Assembly: GCF_004010195.1 (NCBI RefSeq)
Contig: NC_057750.1
Span: 14,425,221-14,489,220 of the forward strand
Reading direction: 5' to 3'
DNA length: 64,000 nucleotides
Origin: Chiloscyllium plagiosum
Taxonomy: Eukaryota
Shown: in pieces, positions 40,083-54,466 of the stretch
Layout of the letters: every line of letters starts with the position of its first letter
How positions within the stretch are numbered: the first letter of the stretch is position 1
Notes under the pieces: generated by a model
The model's database searches: none
Seen by the model: the letters and a program-made list of their open reading frames with translations, nothing else
Told to the model about the DNA's origin: nothing
Position numbers and translations under genes: made by a program

Positions 40083-42569
40083 GTAGGGATTTACATAATA
40101 CTGTGTGCAGTTTAGCATTAAAAGTTATTTGCAGCTTTTATTAAAATGTTGCATTGAGGATGTTTGTGAATGAGGGTGAATTAATACTTTGCCTTCTCAC
40201 TTCAAAGTTGAAAGACAAAAAGGGGCAGAAACCATTAGTGTTGAAAGATTAAAAGGAGGGAAACACTCTTATTTAAGGGTCCTATATGGGTAAACATCTA
40301 ATCACTACTGCATTCTAGGAGGTGAGTCTACAACAAAACCATGCCTTAAAAATTGCAGCCTTGTTCAAAACAAACAGGAGAACTTTTAGGGAGGGATATC
40401 ATAACCTCATCATGATGCATTCAGAATTTGTGTTAAGACATAATGTTGGGCCAGTATTTCAGGACATTTATTTGGCTTCTGAATCATCTGGGATTGCTTT
40501 TGCAGTGTGTTTGAAATGAGAATAAAATCTATTTTTAAATGCCACCATCACCATTGTGATAATGTAGTCAACACAGAAATAATTGGCATTGTTTTAAATT
40601 TAGGGGCTGTTGTGACACCATTGTAGTTTCCTACTTAGGAGACCCGGGTTCAAGTCTCATCTGCTTCAGAGATGTATAATAAAATCTCTGAGTAGGTCAA
40701 TAAAATAGCTTCAATGCAAAAATTAGAATTGCAGGTTGGTGGTGTACAAAAGATTCTCAGATTTTTTCAATGTGTGAGAAATATACTTTATCAATATCTA
40801 ATTATATAAATATGCAGCATAGAAACAGATCGTTCAAGTCAAATAATCCATACTGAGGATACTCCACATAAGTTTCTGCTTGTTCCATCTACTGAATATC
40901 TGCCTTTCAGAATGCCTTTCTATTTCCTTTGCTCTCATGTACTAGTCTACTTCTGAACTCATCTATTTGTCTGAACCACATCTTGAGTAAAGGAGTTTCT
41001 CTATATTTCTTTCTGAACATGTTACTGTTCTGCAGCATGTATTTCTGGTCATAGCTTTGGGTTCTTTTTCAGGTGGAAACAATCCCTCCGCATCTATCTC
41101 ATCCAATCCATTGCTAAATTTAAAGATTCCTATCAGATTGACACAAGTCATTGGTGTAGTGCACTGGAAATCAATCCTCACTATACCTAGAGTTGTAACA
41201 AAAGTTACAAGGACTGTTCAAAATGCCCTTAATTCCTGGCCCAGGTTGACATAAAGCCAAATTCCTGTACTTAAGAATCGCTCCTTATTATGGGCCATTA
41301 GATTCTAGCCACAGGTAAACAAATTAAATTAGATGAACTGTAGAAAGTAAAATTCTAAACCCCTATAAACTCCCCTTTATAATTCAGATCAGCATGGGAA
41401 AAAAGCACATGGCCAGAGGGAAAACTGGCAAAACAGTTTCATAGTCTTTGTTCATAAGATCTATTAGGTTGGTCTCTGACCTATCCAATTCAAAATCATA
41501 ACTTTCAGCATCTGCTGGAAAAATAAGCTGAGTTTTCTCTGATTGTAAGTGGCTTACTATAGACCTGGTTTCTCTTCAGGCCTGACTGGCTTCTCTCTAT
41601 CTTGTTCATAGCCCAAGCTATTTAGCTGCCTGACAAACAGTCACCTTGTTGGCAGGCAGAAGGCCATTGTCATGAATTGTGAACTAGGAACCAATTATCA
41701 ATCAGTTTCACTTGTAAACGATCGTATGGCTCCAGTTCACCTTCATTTCTAGAATCCACAGTGACCCAAAAGGTTCATAACAGGTGTCAAATTCTTTACC
41801 TTCCTTGGATTCAAAACATGGCAACCATCCTTGTAAATCCCTGGGTTTAAAATCATTCTTCTTTTTAGTCCATATCATTGAAAAGCACAAAAAATAAGAA
41901 GTCCTAGTCTCTAAAAGGAAGAAAAAAATAATCTGATCAATCCTTTCTGATTTAAAAACAAGTACCTTTCTTGATAGTATTGAGAGATTTTGGGTTCAGG
42001 CGCCACAAATAATGAACACTGGCAGTCAACTATTCAGAAGTAATGTTATTACATTTTGTTAACAAGCCTCAGTTCAGATTTAATGCATTGGCACATAGAC
42101 TGGGAAAAGTATCAATCTGTGATAGCAGTTGAGAACAGTTCATTGATACCAGAGAATGAATGGAAGGTTGGCACTGAGTCATGATGATCACAGCAGCTTG
42201 TAATCGTTGTAATGAATTGTTGTGACTTTTAATTCTTACCTTGTTTTAGTCTCCGACGACTCAGAATTATTTGAGCTTGCCCAAAGAATGGGATCTAGAG
42301 AGCAAAAACTATAATGTTGAGCCAATTAATTCATTAGAGTTCTGTACTGTACTGAAAAAAATCTACTTATTCAGGATCCTTAATTCTTACCGTATCAAAG
42401 TGCTCACATCCTCAGGTGTGTGAAAACTCAGTTAATTGATAGTGATGTTCAAATGTTCCCATAATTTAGCAACAGAAAATGGTTACTATTACATGTCATT
42501 TTATTTCTTGGAACCCAATATTTTCAACCAGTCCAAATAAAGCAGGAGTATTGACAATAATTTTCAATT

Positions 42570-43710
42570 CCTCTGTGGCCACAGGAGAAGTGACAGAAGA
42601 CTGGATGACAGCCAATGTGGTACCATTATTCAAGTAGGATGGAAAATATAAACCAGGAGACTATAGGCCAGTCAGTCTAACCTCGCTAATGGGAAAACTA
42701 TTGGAAGCAATTCTGAGGGACAGGACTAATCTGCATTTGAGAGGCAGGAATTAATCTTGATTGGTCAACATGGTTTCGTTAAGGGGAGGTCATGTCTGAC
42801 CAACTCGATTGAACTTTTTTAGAGATGACCAGATGTGTGCAAGAGCACAATGCTTTCTATGTAGTCTACTTGGACCTCTGCAAAGCTTTTGATAACATTC
42901 CACATTGGAAACGGATAGCAAAGGTAAAAGCCCAGGGGATCAAGTTTGACTACTTGAATCCAGAACTGGCTGAGTGGCAGGAAGCCGAGTGTGATGGTCA
43001 AGGGGTGTTTTTGACTTGAAGCCTGTATCCAATGGGTTTCCAGGGATCAGTGGTAGAGCCTTGCTCTTTATGATATATGTAAATGTTTTAGGCTTGAATG
43101 TATGAAGGTCAATCAATAAATTTATGGATGAAATGAAAATTAGTGAGGTAGTAAATAGTGAGGAGGATAGCCTTAGATTGCAACAGGATATAGATGGACT
43201 GGTCAGCTGGGCTGAAGTTGCAAATGGAACTTAATCTTGATAAATAACGGACACTTGCCTTTATTAGCTGAGCAATGTAGTTTAAGAGCAGGGATGTAAT
43301 GCTAGAACTGGATAAAAAATTGGATAGACCGCAGCTAGCATATTGTTTGCAGTTCTGGGATCCACATTATAGGAGGGATATGATCAATAGATTGCAAAGG
43401 AGATTTACCAGGATGTTTCCTGGGCTGGAGAATTTCAGTTATAGTGGGTTTGTTTTCCTTGGAGCAGAGTAGACTGAAGGAAGACATGATTGGGATACAT
43501 AAAGTTATGAGGAGCACATATGTATAGTAGACTGGAAGGAACTTCTCTTTGTGGTAGGCATCAATGATTCAGGGTGGGTTATAGAGATTTAAGGTAAGGA
43601 GCAGGATGTTTAGAGGAGATGTGAGGAAAAGAATGATCACCAGAGGATGGTGGGAATCTGGAACTCACTGCTTGTAAGGGTGGTAGATGTAGAAATCCAC
43701 ATAACATTTA
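42570..43710 (+). mobile_element. Decayed CR1-type LINE ORF2 fragment
   Basis: DWMTANVVPLFK*..KPGDYRPVSLTS..GKLLE, VYLDLCKAFDNIPH; stops and deletions. Confidence 0.85.
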
Positions 43711-43877
43711 TGTGTCTTGTAGAAACAAACAGTTGCATTAATAATCCCATATTGAAAATAGCTAATTTTTTAATAATGTCTTGGAACTATCAATTAAACT
43801 GTGACTTGCGCAACCCCACCAATAATGAGGAAGAGGTCAAGTAGAAATAACGTGACAATGATAGTGTTTAGATTATG

Positions 43878-44071
43878 AGAAAGTGAGAACTGCAGATGCT
43901 GGTGTACCAGAGTTGAAAAATGTGGTGCTGGAAAAACACAGCAGGCCAGGCAGCATCTGAGGAGCAGAAGAATCGACATTTCGGGCAAATCAGATTTCTT
44001 GCCTGTGCACTAAGTTAAAGTGGCCCAGCCATTTCCTGAAGAAGGGCTTATGCCTGAAACGTCGATTCTCC
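43878..44071. mobile_element. Fold-back Penelope-like insertion with captured local sequence
   Basis: Two opposed terminal-repeat pieces; flanks gtgtttaga(t/c)tatg at 43864-43877 and 44072-44085. Confidence 0.8.
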
Positions 44072-44873
44072 GTGTTTAGACTATGTCAGCAAAAATCAGC
44101 TGACATTTGCAGAGCAGATTTTTATCCTTACTGAGACAAGTTTTTGTTAAAGGAAAGGGCGGTGGCGGGGGGGGGTTTAAATAATTGTACAGTTCGACAG
44201 TCCTATGTACACTGCCCCACCCTTCATGGGCATTTATGCCATGGTACATACGTGGTAAGTTGAGATCTTTCTGAAATGCAAATCAGGTTTCTTGCCTGTG
44301 CACAGGCCCAGCCATTTCCTGTTCATGCCTATGTTTTTCACAGGATCCCCATCACCTCTTCTGGTAAAAATGGGATCATCTGGAAATTGGGTCAGATCTC
44401 CCAGGTTCCATCTCCTGTTTCTAAAAGCTCTGAAGTCCATGCAACTCTGTGAAAAATCCAGTCATTGGTTGGTTTCCTTAACCTAAATTTTCTGTTGTCC
44501 GAGAAAGAAGCATATTCTTTTTAAATCGCTCAATATTGCAAAAATGGAACTCCAGTGCAGCAAGAGATTATGAAAAAAAATCGAAAGTACATGAAAAATT
44601 AAATGTGATTTGGTATGGTTTGCTGTATTCTGAAATAAAACTGTATATTCAAACATCAAACATTATTTTGATGGAGTAATAGCATTGTTAAGGTGGAGTA
44701 TATATTTTGTGCTGTTTCAAAAGTAACAAAAATATGCCTTTGATGCATACTTAGATTTATGACGATTTGTGCGAGCTAATTTATAAAATGATGCCTTTTA
44801 AAATGGAAGGTTTCAATTGCATTTTCATTCAGATTTCAGTATGTTAAAAAACATTGTTTTTTGAATTACACAG

Positions 44874-44925
44874 CAAACTAGAAATGGACCATCTCTACAT
44901 GTCATATGCCGATATCATGGCAAAG
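44874..44925 (+). CDS. RYR1: RyR1 coding exon (equiv. exon 77), (S)KLEMDHLYMSYADIMAK
   Basis: tacacag| ... |gttagt, 52 nt. Confidence 0.95.
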
Positions 44926-46037
44926 GTTAGTACACAGTCATTTATTCTAATAGATATTTAGAGGCCTTTCAACAGAGACTAAACAATAGCATGAAGTGAT
45001 TTTATTTTTAAACATGAAATACACTTGTGAAACTGCTGTGTTGTATACATTTCAACAAAATTTATTTTTCACATTTGAAAATCGAAAGGTAGCCAATATT
45101 TTGAATCGGTTGCTGCCTATCGTGCTACTTTTTCTCCAAACAAAAATCCCTGGGGAATCCAGAAGTTAAAATTTCAAGCTGGTGACTCCCTGATTATTCA
45201 GTCAGACTGAAATCCCATGGTCTCTGCTCTGCATTCAATAAAGTTATAGTCCGTGTCCTAAGCCACCTCTAACCACTCACTCCATCCGAAATTTTGAAGT
45301 TCGAGGTCAGTAGTATGTTTGTGAAGATTTATTCATGCCTGTAAATGCATACCAGTCGCGTCCATCCCAATCCTCCAACACAACATGTAGCCAGTGCATA
45401 GTGGGAATCTGGAGACATTTTTCCAATGCAAGTAAGTTATGGGTGCCAGGGATATTCAGCTCCAGTGGCAACAATAGCTTTGTTACAGTGAAATAATCAA
45501 TTGCATCTAACACTGATTACTTGGCTAGGTCCAAGATGTTGGAGAAACTCAAGATAGCTCTCCTTTAAGTGTGAACTTCTCCTGTAGTGCCTCCTATACA
45601 AGTGCAGAAGATCTAGCCATTGCTGCCCCCACCACCTCCTCCAAAAAGATTTAAACAAATTTACTCTGGCATTTATGTGTTTTGATTTTTGGTTAATCAC
45701 ATTAAGTTATTCCCGTATTTATGTAAAGTTAAGAAATAGATGGTAATAATCAATTGTCATTAATTGTGAACATCTCTAACGGTTTGTTCAGTTATGCGTA
45801 AGGGCACTTCTGGATATAAAAAGAGAAATTATAAAACAGGAAAGGGGCTCACATCGTGCAGTGGCAGTGTCTCTACCTCTGACCCAGAAGGCCTTGGGAG
45901 TTTGGACCATGCCCTGCAAAGAAGTAAAATCTGTAACACTGAGCGAAAGGGACTGAGTAATCAGTAAACTCTATCCACAAAGGAGTTGTCTTTGTTTTCC
46001 GTATCACCAAATAGCTTGGATCAAGATTGATCTAATA

Positions 46038-46145
46038 CAGTACTGAGGGAGTGTTGCAGTGTCCAAGGTGCCATTCTTTATTAAAGCAAGCCCACACATG
46101 CTTACTTAGGTGATAAAGATCCTGTGATGCTATTTTAAAGAAAAG
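46038..46145 (+). mobile_element. Deu-domain-like SINE remnant
   Basis: cagtactgagggagtgttgcagtgtccaaggtgcc...taaagatcctgtgatgctattttaaagaa resembles the DeuSINE core as I recall it. Confidence 0.4.
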
Positions 46146-47674
46146 TAGTGGACTTACAGCTCACACTGAAGCACAGAAAGCCAGAGGTTTTAACTCTGAT
46201 TCCAAATCTGCAATGTTGGGGAATCTCAACCAGGATACTGATCGAGTTACTATCGTTAACCTACATAATCATGAGAAAAATTGATCAGTCGCCTCTTCGG
46301 ATCACTATCCAGTTTCTTTGTTGGAAATCCATACATGTGGGTGTTAACTGAAGATAGCAGAGACCTCGGCTGCTTTAGCATGGCTTTTGCACCATCAAGC
46401 CTCCGACACAAGTGCTGGCCACAAGGATGTTTCTACACAATCATAGGCCACAATTAAAGAGTGGGTGTAAAAAGAAAAGTATTTAAGCTAATGCAAGCAT
46501 CCTCACTTGTAATTTTATCATTCACCATATTCATATAAGAATGCTGAGTTCCTGTAGCAACTTCCAAAAAGAAACGAAATGCTTCCATACAACAGATATG
46601 AAATCATGGTCCAGGTCATCGAATGGGAAGATAGTTATCCAGAAATGTAGACAGGAGATGTGTGTCAGGATCATGCGGACGTCCCAATGTGGTTGACTCT
46701 ATGGAACTTGCCCCAGAAATTGAAACTTTAGCTGAATAATTATCTAGCATGTGGAAAACTCTGAAACTATCCCCAACTTTTGAAAAGTTAGAGGAATGAA
46801 AACCTGCTCAAACTCCTGGATAATTATAAGACTGACCGATCCAATTCATCACTAAAACACAAAATAAGCCCCCTTTCCTCTAATCTGACACAAATACTCT
46901 CAACATGTAACTCCATGCCCCTGCAAATTGATTTCCCCCCTCTTTTGACCCAACTCTCCCACCCCTCCTCCAGTCTCGACAACAGCCCTCCCTTCATCCT
47001 GACTGGACCCACCCCCAACAGCCTTCAATTCTCCCTTATCCCTGCTCCACACAACTTCTGCGAAGTCTGGACTCACCTGCTACCCTATGCCTGCTCACCT
47101 GGCACCCTGTCCCCTCACTCAGCAGGTATGCTACCCACACACCAGTTACTATGACCACCACACACTTGCCAACTTAATCTTCCAATCACCAGCCATGCTG
47201 CTGCTACTTCACCATCAGGCACCCTACCCCCCCTACCCAACAGCCAAACAAATCCCTCAGCCACCTGGCATCCTACATACCTTCCAACTTACCTTTCTGT
47301 AAATAGCTGTCAGTGTCTTTAGAATCTTGAAACTGTGTAACACAGCAGTTACTGCTGCCAAAGGTTTCAGTACTAATCCATCTCATTGCTGTCTGCATGG
47401 ATTCCTGGACTGAGCTGCTCTGACTCCAAAGTTCAACCAGAAATCTCCCTCACAGGTAAGTGGGCATCTTTTAGTATGCCCTGTGTTGGAAATAGGAATT
47501 CTCACCCTAACAACAGATTGTAAGATTTGAACCTTTATGAATTAGTATAAGTGATACATGGAACTATAGCAAACGTGTATATTTTGTGTTAGTTTTGTAG
47601 CCTAATTCGTATTGTGGTTTTTCTTATAAAATTAAGAAGTTACTCACTACTAGTCCTGTTTTTTTTTATTTCAG

Positions 47675-47740
47675 AGTTGTCATATTAAAGAGGAAGGTGC
47701 TGAGGAAGAAGATGAGGAAGCTGTAGAGCTAACCTTTGAA
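47675..47740 (+). CDS. RYR1: RyR1 coding exon (equiv. exon 78), SCHIKEEGAEEEDEEAVELTFE
   Basis: tttatttcag| ... |gtaagt, 66 nt. Confidence 0.93.
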
Positions 47741-47869
47741 GTAAGTCAGTAATGAGCTACCAAATTTTAAGACAGTTTAAGTTCTAAAATCCAGTCCCTG
47801 TCCATCAAATAAAGCAACCAGACAATTGAATAAATTCTGGGGTTTTTACTCTGACTGAAAATTGTACCT

Positions 47870-48085
47870 TGTTGAAACTTTATTGCTGGAACAGCACAGC
47901 AGGTCAGGCAGCATCCAGGGAACAGGAGATTCCACGTTTCGGGCACAGGCCCTTCTTCCTGAAGAAGGGCCTGTGCCCGAAACGTCGAATCTCCTGTTCC
48001 CTGGATGCTGCCTGACCTGCTGTGCTGTTCCAGCAATAAAGTTTCAACTTTGATCTCCAGCATCTGCAGACCTCACTTTCTCCTC
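47870..48085. mobile_element. Near-perfect palindromic Penelope-like terminal-repeat insertion
   Basis: 88-bp arms 47871-47958 / 47961-48048; 11-bp direct repeat aaattgtacct at 47859-47869 and 48086-48096. Confidence 0.85.
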
Positions 48086-49114
48086 AAATTGTACCTACCA
48101 GGCGGCTGCTATGTAAGTGCAGTTCCACAGTAAAATGTCATGCATCACTAGTACACATAATACTGCTCACCTTTTTATTTATGACACATCATCAACTGAT
48201 GATTTTTCTATTTCTAATCCCATTAACTTCTTTTATAAAGTCTTCATTTGAATATTCATCTCCAATAGTAGCTCTTCCAAATTCTGCAGTCCTCCAGTAT
48301 TCTCACTTTGTTCCCTAAAAACCACAGCAGAATGCTTAGTAAGCATCTCTCTCTCTCATCTTATTTCTGAATATGGTAAGTCTCACTCATTCATCATTCC
48401 TATGTTAGTTACCCTAGATTGGCTCCAGTCTGGCAATGCTTTGATTTTAAAATTCTGATTCTTGTTTTCGTACCCCTCTTCATCTCTGAATCCTACTGCA
48501 GTCTTATAACCTACTAAGATCTCTGTTCTCCTCAAATCCTGTCCTCTTGTGTATCTCTGATCTTGCTGGCCTTACCTGCTGCTGGGGTTCCCTCCCTAAA
48601 TTTCTCTGTCTTTCTGCCACTCTCTATCATCTGTTAACACAGAATCTTTAAAACTTATCTCTTGCCAAACTTTTGGTCACCTGCCCTAACACCACCTGAC
48701 GTGGCTTGATGTCATAGTTTGTTTATTTGATTTTCCTGTGAAGCTTGTTGGGGCATTTTACCATGTACAAGTTACGCTGTGTGTACAAGCTGTCATTGTA
48801 CAACAGGGGCCTGCCTCTTGTATTTTGTCTGTCCTGGGTTTGTATATAAAGCAAAGCACACAAGTGATAGAGTTCAGAAATTTCCCCAGTATTTCTCACT
48901 ACCTTCTCTTGTAATTTCAATAAATCAAAGCAAATGTCATGTAAGGATTAGGGCTTTTGACAGAATTCTGCTGAGAAGCTCCAAGATAATGTAACAAACT
49001 TTAAATCATGCTTGCAGTGGGTAATAGAGTTCTATCATTGACTCGTTTTGTCAATCAAGCAGATGAACCAATTATTAAGCTGCGAAAACTCATGCTATTG
49101 TACAATCCTCTTAG

Positions 49115-50022
<908 letters not shown>

Positions 50023-50658
50023 TAATCTAACCCACAGTAGTGGCCGAAGACCCAGAATAAGGTGTCAACATGCGGGAGGGAATCTCCTTTGTATTTGCAT
50101 ATCACCTGCCTAGCTCTGAGCCTTTTTTGTAGCATGAAGTACATGCTGTACAAACTTTAAACTACGTTTTATTCATCCTGTCTTGGTATTTGAGGAGAGG
50201 TAGAAGGAAGTCAGACCCAGCCAGCTTGGAGTTGCAGTGATTGAGTAGCTGCTTTAAGGTGGGGCCAAGAGAAGCTCTCCTTCTCCTCCTGATTTCACAG
50301 CCAGAGGTACTCTCACTTGAGCTATTTTTGTTGTTCCAGAAATGTACTTGTGTTAGTTTCTTGGAATAACGGTAACTGCCTCAGAAAAGATTAATCTTTC
50401 TGTGAGGGCCCATCCAAGTATCTAATCTGTTTCCGAGTGCAGATGTCCCGTTCCCCCCCATTTTCCTTTGTCAAATATGGAAGGTGAGATGTTTACCGTC
50501 AGTAGGCATGCACTTCACTGCTGTCATTTTGAGAAACTAGGAGGGGACTGCACAGCACAATTTCTAAGGCAGTGCCTGTTAAGTTGTTTCTGTTTCACTC
50601 CATGCAAATCCACGTAATGAAGTAGTATGATAATGCAAGCACTGCTCTGATTATATAA

Positions 50659-50942
50659 GATGTGAAAGTGCCGGTTGGACTGCGGTGGATAAAGTCAGAA
50701 GTCACGCGACGCCAGGTTATAGTCCAACAGGTTTATTTGAAATCACAAGTTTCTGGAATGGTGCTTCTTCGTCAGGTGAAGTGGAGAGAAGCACACAGGC
50801 ACAGAATATATAGGTGGAGAGATAATGGCAAAGTAATTTTTGATCTATTCTGTGCTTGTATGCCTCCCTTTACTTCATCTCCGACAGCTTGTGATTTCAA
50901 ATAAACCTGTTGGACTGTAACCTGGTGTCCTGTAACTTCTGA
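50659..50942. mobile_element. Second Penelope-like family fragment with inverted terminal repeats (same family as 37108)
   Basis: ccaggttatagtccaacaggtttatttgaaatcacaag ... cttgtgatttcaaataaacctgttggactgtaacctgg; flanks ctgattat(a/t)taa duplicated. Confidence 0.7.
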
Positions 50943-51050
50943 CTGATTATTTAACTCAGTAGTAATTTTACCAAAAAGACAAATAGAATGTTAAGTAAAA
51001 ATACAAACAAGACAGTAATCTTGTTAGCTTCAGCTAAAAGATGTTCTTGA

Positions 51051-51179
<129 letters not shown>

Positions 51180-51759
51180 TAAACACTAATTTAATTTTAT
51201 TTACTCAATGTCAGCATTGTCATACAATGTAGAGTGTCTGTGTTGGGTGGAACCTTTCAGCCCACCTTCAGTTTAGTCAGCAGACTATGTGTGACAGTGT
51301 GAGTTATTGTTAGGACTGTTCCATGGCTGCAGTCTGAATGATCTTGCTAATCCCACTGATGTTAGGTGGCTGCACATAGGCCATAGCAAGTTCAGACACA
51401 GGTTAAAACATTCACCATGGGCGATTAAAGCCAGGTGAATGAACGTTACTATCTGCAGTGAGGGGGCGCTTTCTCCTTCCAGTCTTCCTGCCATTGGTCC
51501 TCAGCTGTTACTCCTCGGTGTTATGGGGTTTAGTTGTGTGAGTTGGAGTGAGGAAACATGCCTTGCTGGTGAATTGAAGAGGTCATTATATAAGGCAGGC
51601 TTGGGTTGGAGTAGATCTTTTCTGGAAGCTAGAATATTGTTCATCTTCCTAATGCAGGAGTGTGGGTAGTATTGCTCAGGACTAGGAGCAAGGGGAGGTG
51701 AATTGGTCGAAGACTGCCTGGGATGTTGCACGTTATTGAGTTGCACTTTGTGAAGTGTT

Positions 51760-51872
51760 CACAGAATCCCTACAACATGGAAGCAGGCCATTTGGCTCAC
51801 AGAGTCCACACCAACCCTCTGAAGAGCATCCCACCCCAAACTCTACCTTATCTGTGTAACCCTACATTTCAC
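51760..51872 (-). mobile_element. 3' fragment of HE1-like SINE or partner LINE tail
   Basis: aatccctacaacatggaagcaggccatttgg...ccacaccaaccctctgaagagcatcccaccc matches 8345-8420. Confidence 0.55.
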
Positions 51873-52197
51873 ACGTTTTTTATACTGAGTATCATGTCAA
51901 CATTTTCATAATGCATTATATTTTTACAGTTATGAGAGAAATAGAATATGCACAACAGTGATTGATTCAAGAAAAATTTATTAATTGCTGTTGTACACCT
52001 GGTAGAGTTGATACAATACAAAAGTTAATCATAGCATAACCATATATGATTGTGCACTGAATTGTTAATAATGACATTTTGTTCAAGAAATGCATCACTG
52101 TCCAAAGGCTGAAATTCAGTGTGATTTGCATCAGAAGTTTTATATAAAGGCTAAGTAATCAGGGTAAAAATGTTGAAGTATTATATTCTTTGTTTAG

Positions 52198-52274
52198 AAA
52201 ATGCTAGACTACCTGAAAGAGAAAAAGGATATTGGTTTCTTCCAAAGCGTGCAAGCTCTCATGCAAACCTGCAG
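52198..52274 (+). CDS. RYR1: RyR1 coding exon (equiv. exon 81), KMLDYLKEKKDIGFFQSVQALMQTC(S)
   Basis: tgtttag| ... |gtgagt, 77 nt. Confidence 0.97.
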
Positions 52275-52799
52275 GTGAGTGCTTTTCACTGTGATATTGC
52301 AAGGCAGATTGTTGCAATTCTGCAATTTTAACCCAGCTACAATAAAGTTCCATAGACAGGGTCGCCAATTTGGTTACATTTCCAGTACACTCAGTCCTCG
52401 TTTTCTGCAGGTTCACCATCTGCAGATCTGCACACTTACAGTGTCAGCCCCGATCCCATCTTTTGCCTGGTCTGATTGTGTGGTCCTTCCTGGTAGATAG
52501 GCAAATTACATGCTGCAGTATCTGTATTCCTGTTACCTGTGGGAAATCCGTGTCCCAACCCCTGCAATTAACGAGGATTTGGTGTATAAATCATTGGTCA
52601 ACTAATACTATATCATTACATTCACAAAGGGAAAATATAAGAGTTCTGCTTGTGCGATAATAATGTCACCACATTATAATACTAGAACCAGTACAATACA
52701 AGGGATGGAAATTTATTAGGAGAGGTTTGTGATATTGAGATTAATTCCATTGGAATAGAATGAGGTAAAAAGAGATTTAGCATTGCTTCATAAAACTGT

Positions 52800-53396
52800 A
52801 ACAAAAAAAAGAAATTGTTGGAGAAGCTCAGCACGTCTGGCAGCATCTATGGAGAGAAAACAGTGTTAATATTTTCTTGAGAACTAACAGTGGCTGGTAA
52901 AAGGTGGCATTTTTGCTGATGACGGAACCCGACCAACATCCCAATTCACCTCATGTCCAAACTGTGATACATCTTCCATCTAAAGCAGCGATTTGTCTAT
53001 ATTGTATTTGCTGCTCACAGTGGTCCTCTCTACACTGGAGAGACAAAACAGAGACTGTGACTGCATTGCAGAACACCTATGATTATCCGGGATAAATAAC
53101 CCAGGGTTTCCACTTGTCTGCCACTTCAACCCATGTTCCTTGGCCAACATCTCTGTCTCAAGCTTGCTACAGTACTCCAGTGAAGCTCAATGCTAGCCAA
53201 AAGAACAACATCACATCTTCTGCTTGAGGACCTCCAGCCTTCCAGACTCAGCAGTGATAATTTTAGGACTTGAACACCTCTTTCCATGACATTTACCCGC
53301 CTTAGGCCCTGTCATGACAGGGGCTGCTTTCAGCACAGCCAACCCATTTTCACCTACTCATGGACTTCATTATCAGCTTCTCTCTTTCCCTCGCAA

Positions 53397-53439
<43 letters not shown>

Positions 53440-53540
53440 GTCACCCACTCATGTGTCCTGGGGCTTTAGTCCTAGTGTCGTTAGCACCATGTTATCACCA
53501 CACTACCTTTCTTTTCTTCTCCTCTTCACCCCTCACCCCT
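52800..53540 (+). mobile_element. Decayed Penelope-like element with inverted 5' terminal piece
   Basis: YCICCSQ..LYTGETKQRL..IAEHL remnant, collinear with 49275-49800. Confidence 0.65.
53378..53442. repeat. (TC)n/(TCTG)n microsatellite
   Basis: Directly visible. Confidence 0.9.
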
Positions 53541-54466
53541 CGCAAAAATCTGGGCAGTATGTGCTCCTAGGCAGATATGAAATGCAGGGAATAATTTTAT
53601 CAAGATTCTCTAAATTTAGCTTTTGTTTTTCCTCTGCACTCCACCCACTCATTCTCTGACTGTGGTGTTATGTAGTGAGCAGCTTGCCAACAGTGATTTT
53701 GAAGCCCCACTGATGAATGCTCTTCTTGTTAAGTAATAAGAGGCTGGCTATGTTGGTGCCCTGGAAAAATAATAAGCTTCGCAGTTCTGTCATCCATCGT
53801 CATGATGATCACAGACTTCAGTAACAGGCATCTATTCCCTTCTCCTTATGTGAATTGCTTTTGACATTTCCAGCAACAGCTGCCACATTGTGAACATCAT
53901 TAGCATATGCTGCCAAATTCAACGTGCACAGTGCAATGTACATAGATATGCGAACATGTCCAGACTAGCTTTGAAATGTTAATATTATAGACATAACACA
54001 TTTCTCATTTTATAAAACCAAATACATTTACAGTACAAAGTCATTCACACAACATCAATTCCTTTTGGAGAGTGCTAAGTGATTTACTTAAGTGCACAAG
54101 ACCCCTTAAGTTGTTCTCTCAGTTGTGCATGTGCAGTTACTCAGAGGCCAACTTGTGTGTGAGAGAATTTAGAGTGCAGCACATCTGCAAAGCTTAATAG
54201 AAACATTACCTCTGTATTTGATCTTTGCATTCAAAGACTTAACTCCACTACCCTGCTGTCTCTCATTATAGCCTTGTGTCTTTCTCTGCTTCAGATATTG
54301 GTTTTTAACTATTTTTATATAGCCTACCTATCCTGTAATAAAAACTTTATGTAGCTAACTTACACTGCGATAAGTACTGCAACGCCAGAGCTCAAAGCCT
54401 GGTCAAGAGCAGAAACTTCAATGTAATTAAGTCTTGCAAGTTTTATTTTGCCATTCTCTTAAGCAA

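Noticed and set aside
47441..47461. 15-nt frame-preserving candidate micro-exon KSPSQ with gtaagt donor
   Set aside because: Acceptor lacks a pyrimidine tract, no RyR counterpart is known to me, and the context looks like decayed repeat.
47741..47764. In-frame extension at this exon junction, like the 24-nt RYR2 insert
   Set aside because: Reading through the donor hits TAA at the fourth codon.
47767..48063. Nearly identical proteins on both strands
   Set aside because: Artefact of the DNA palindrome, not a gene pair.
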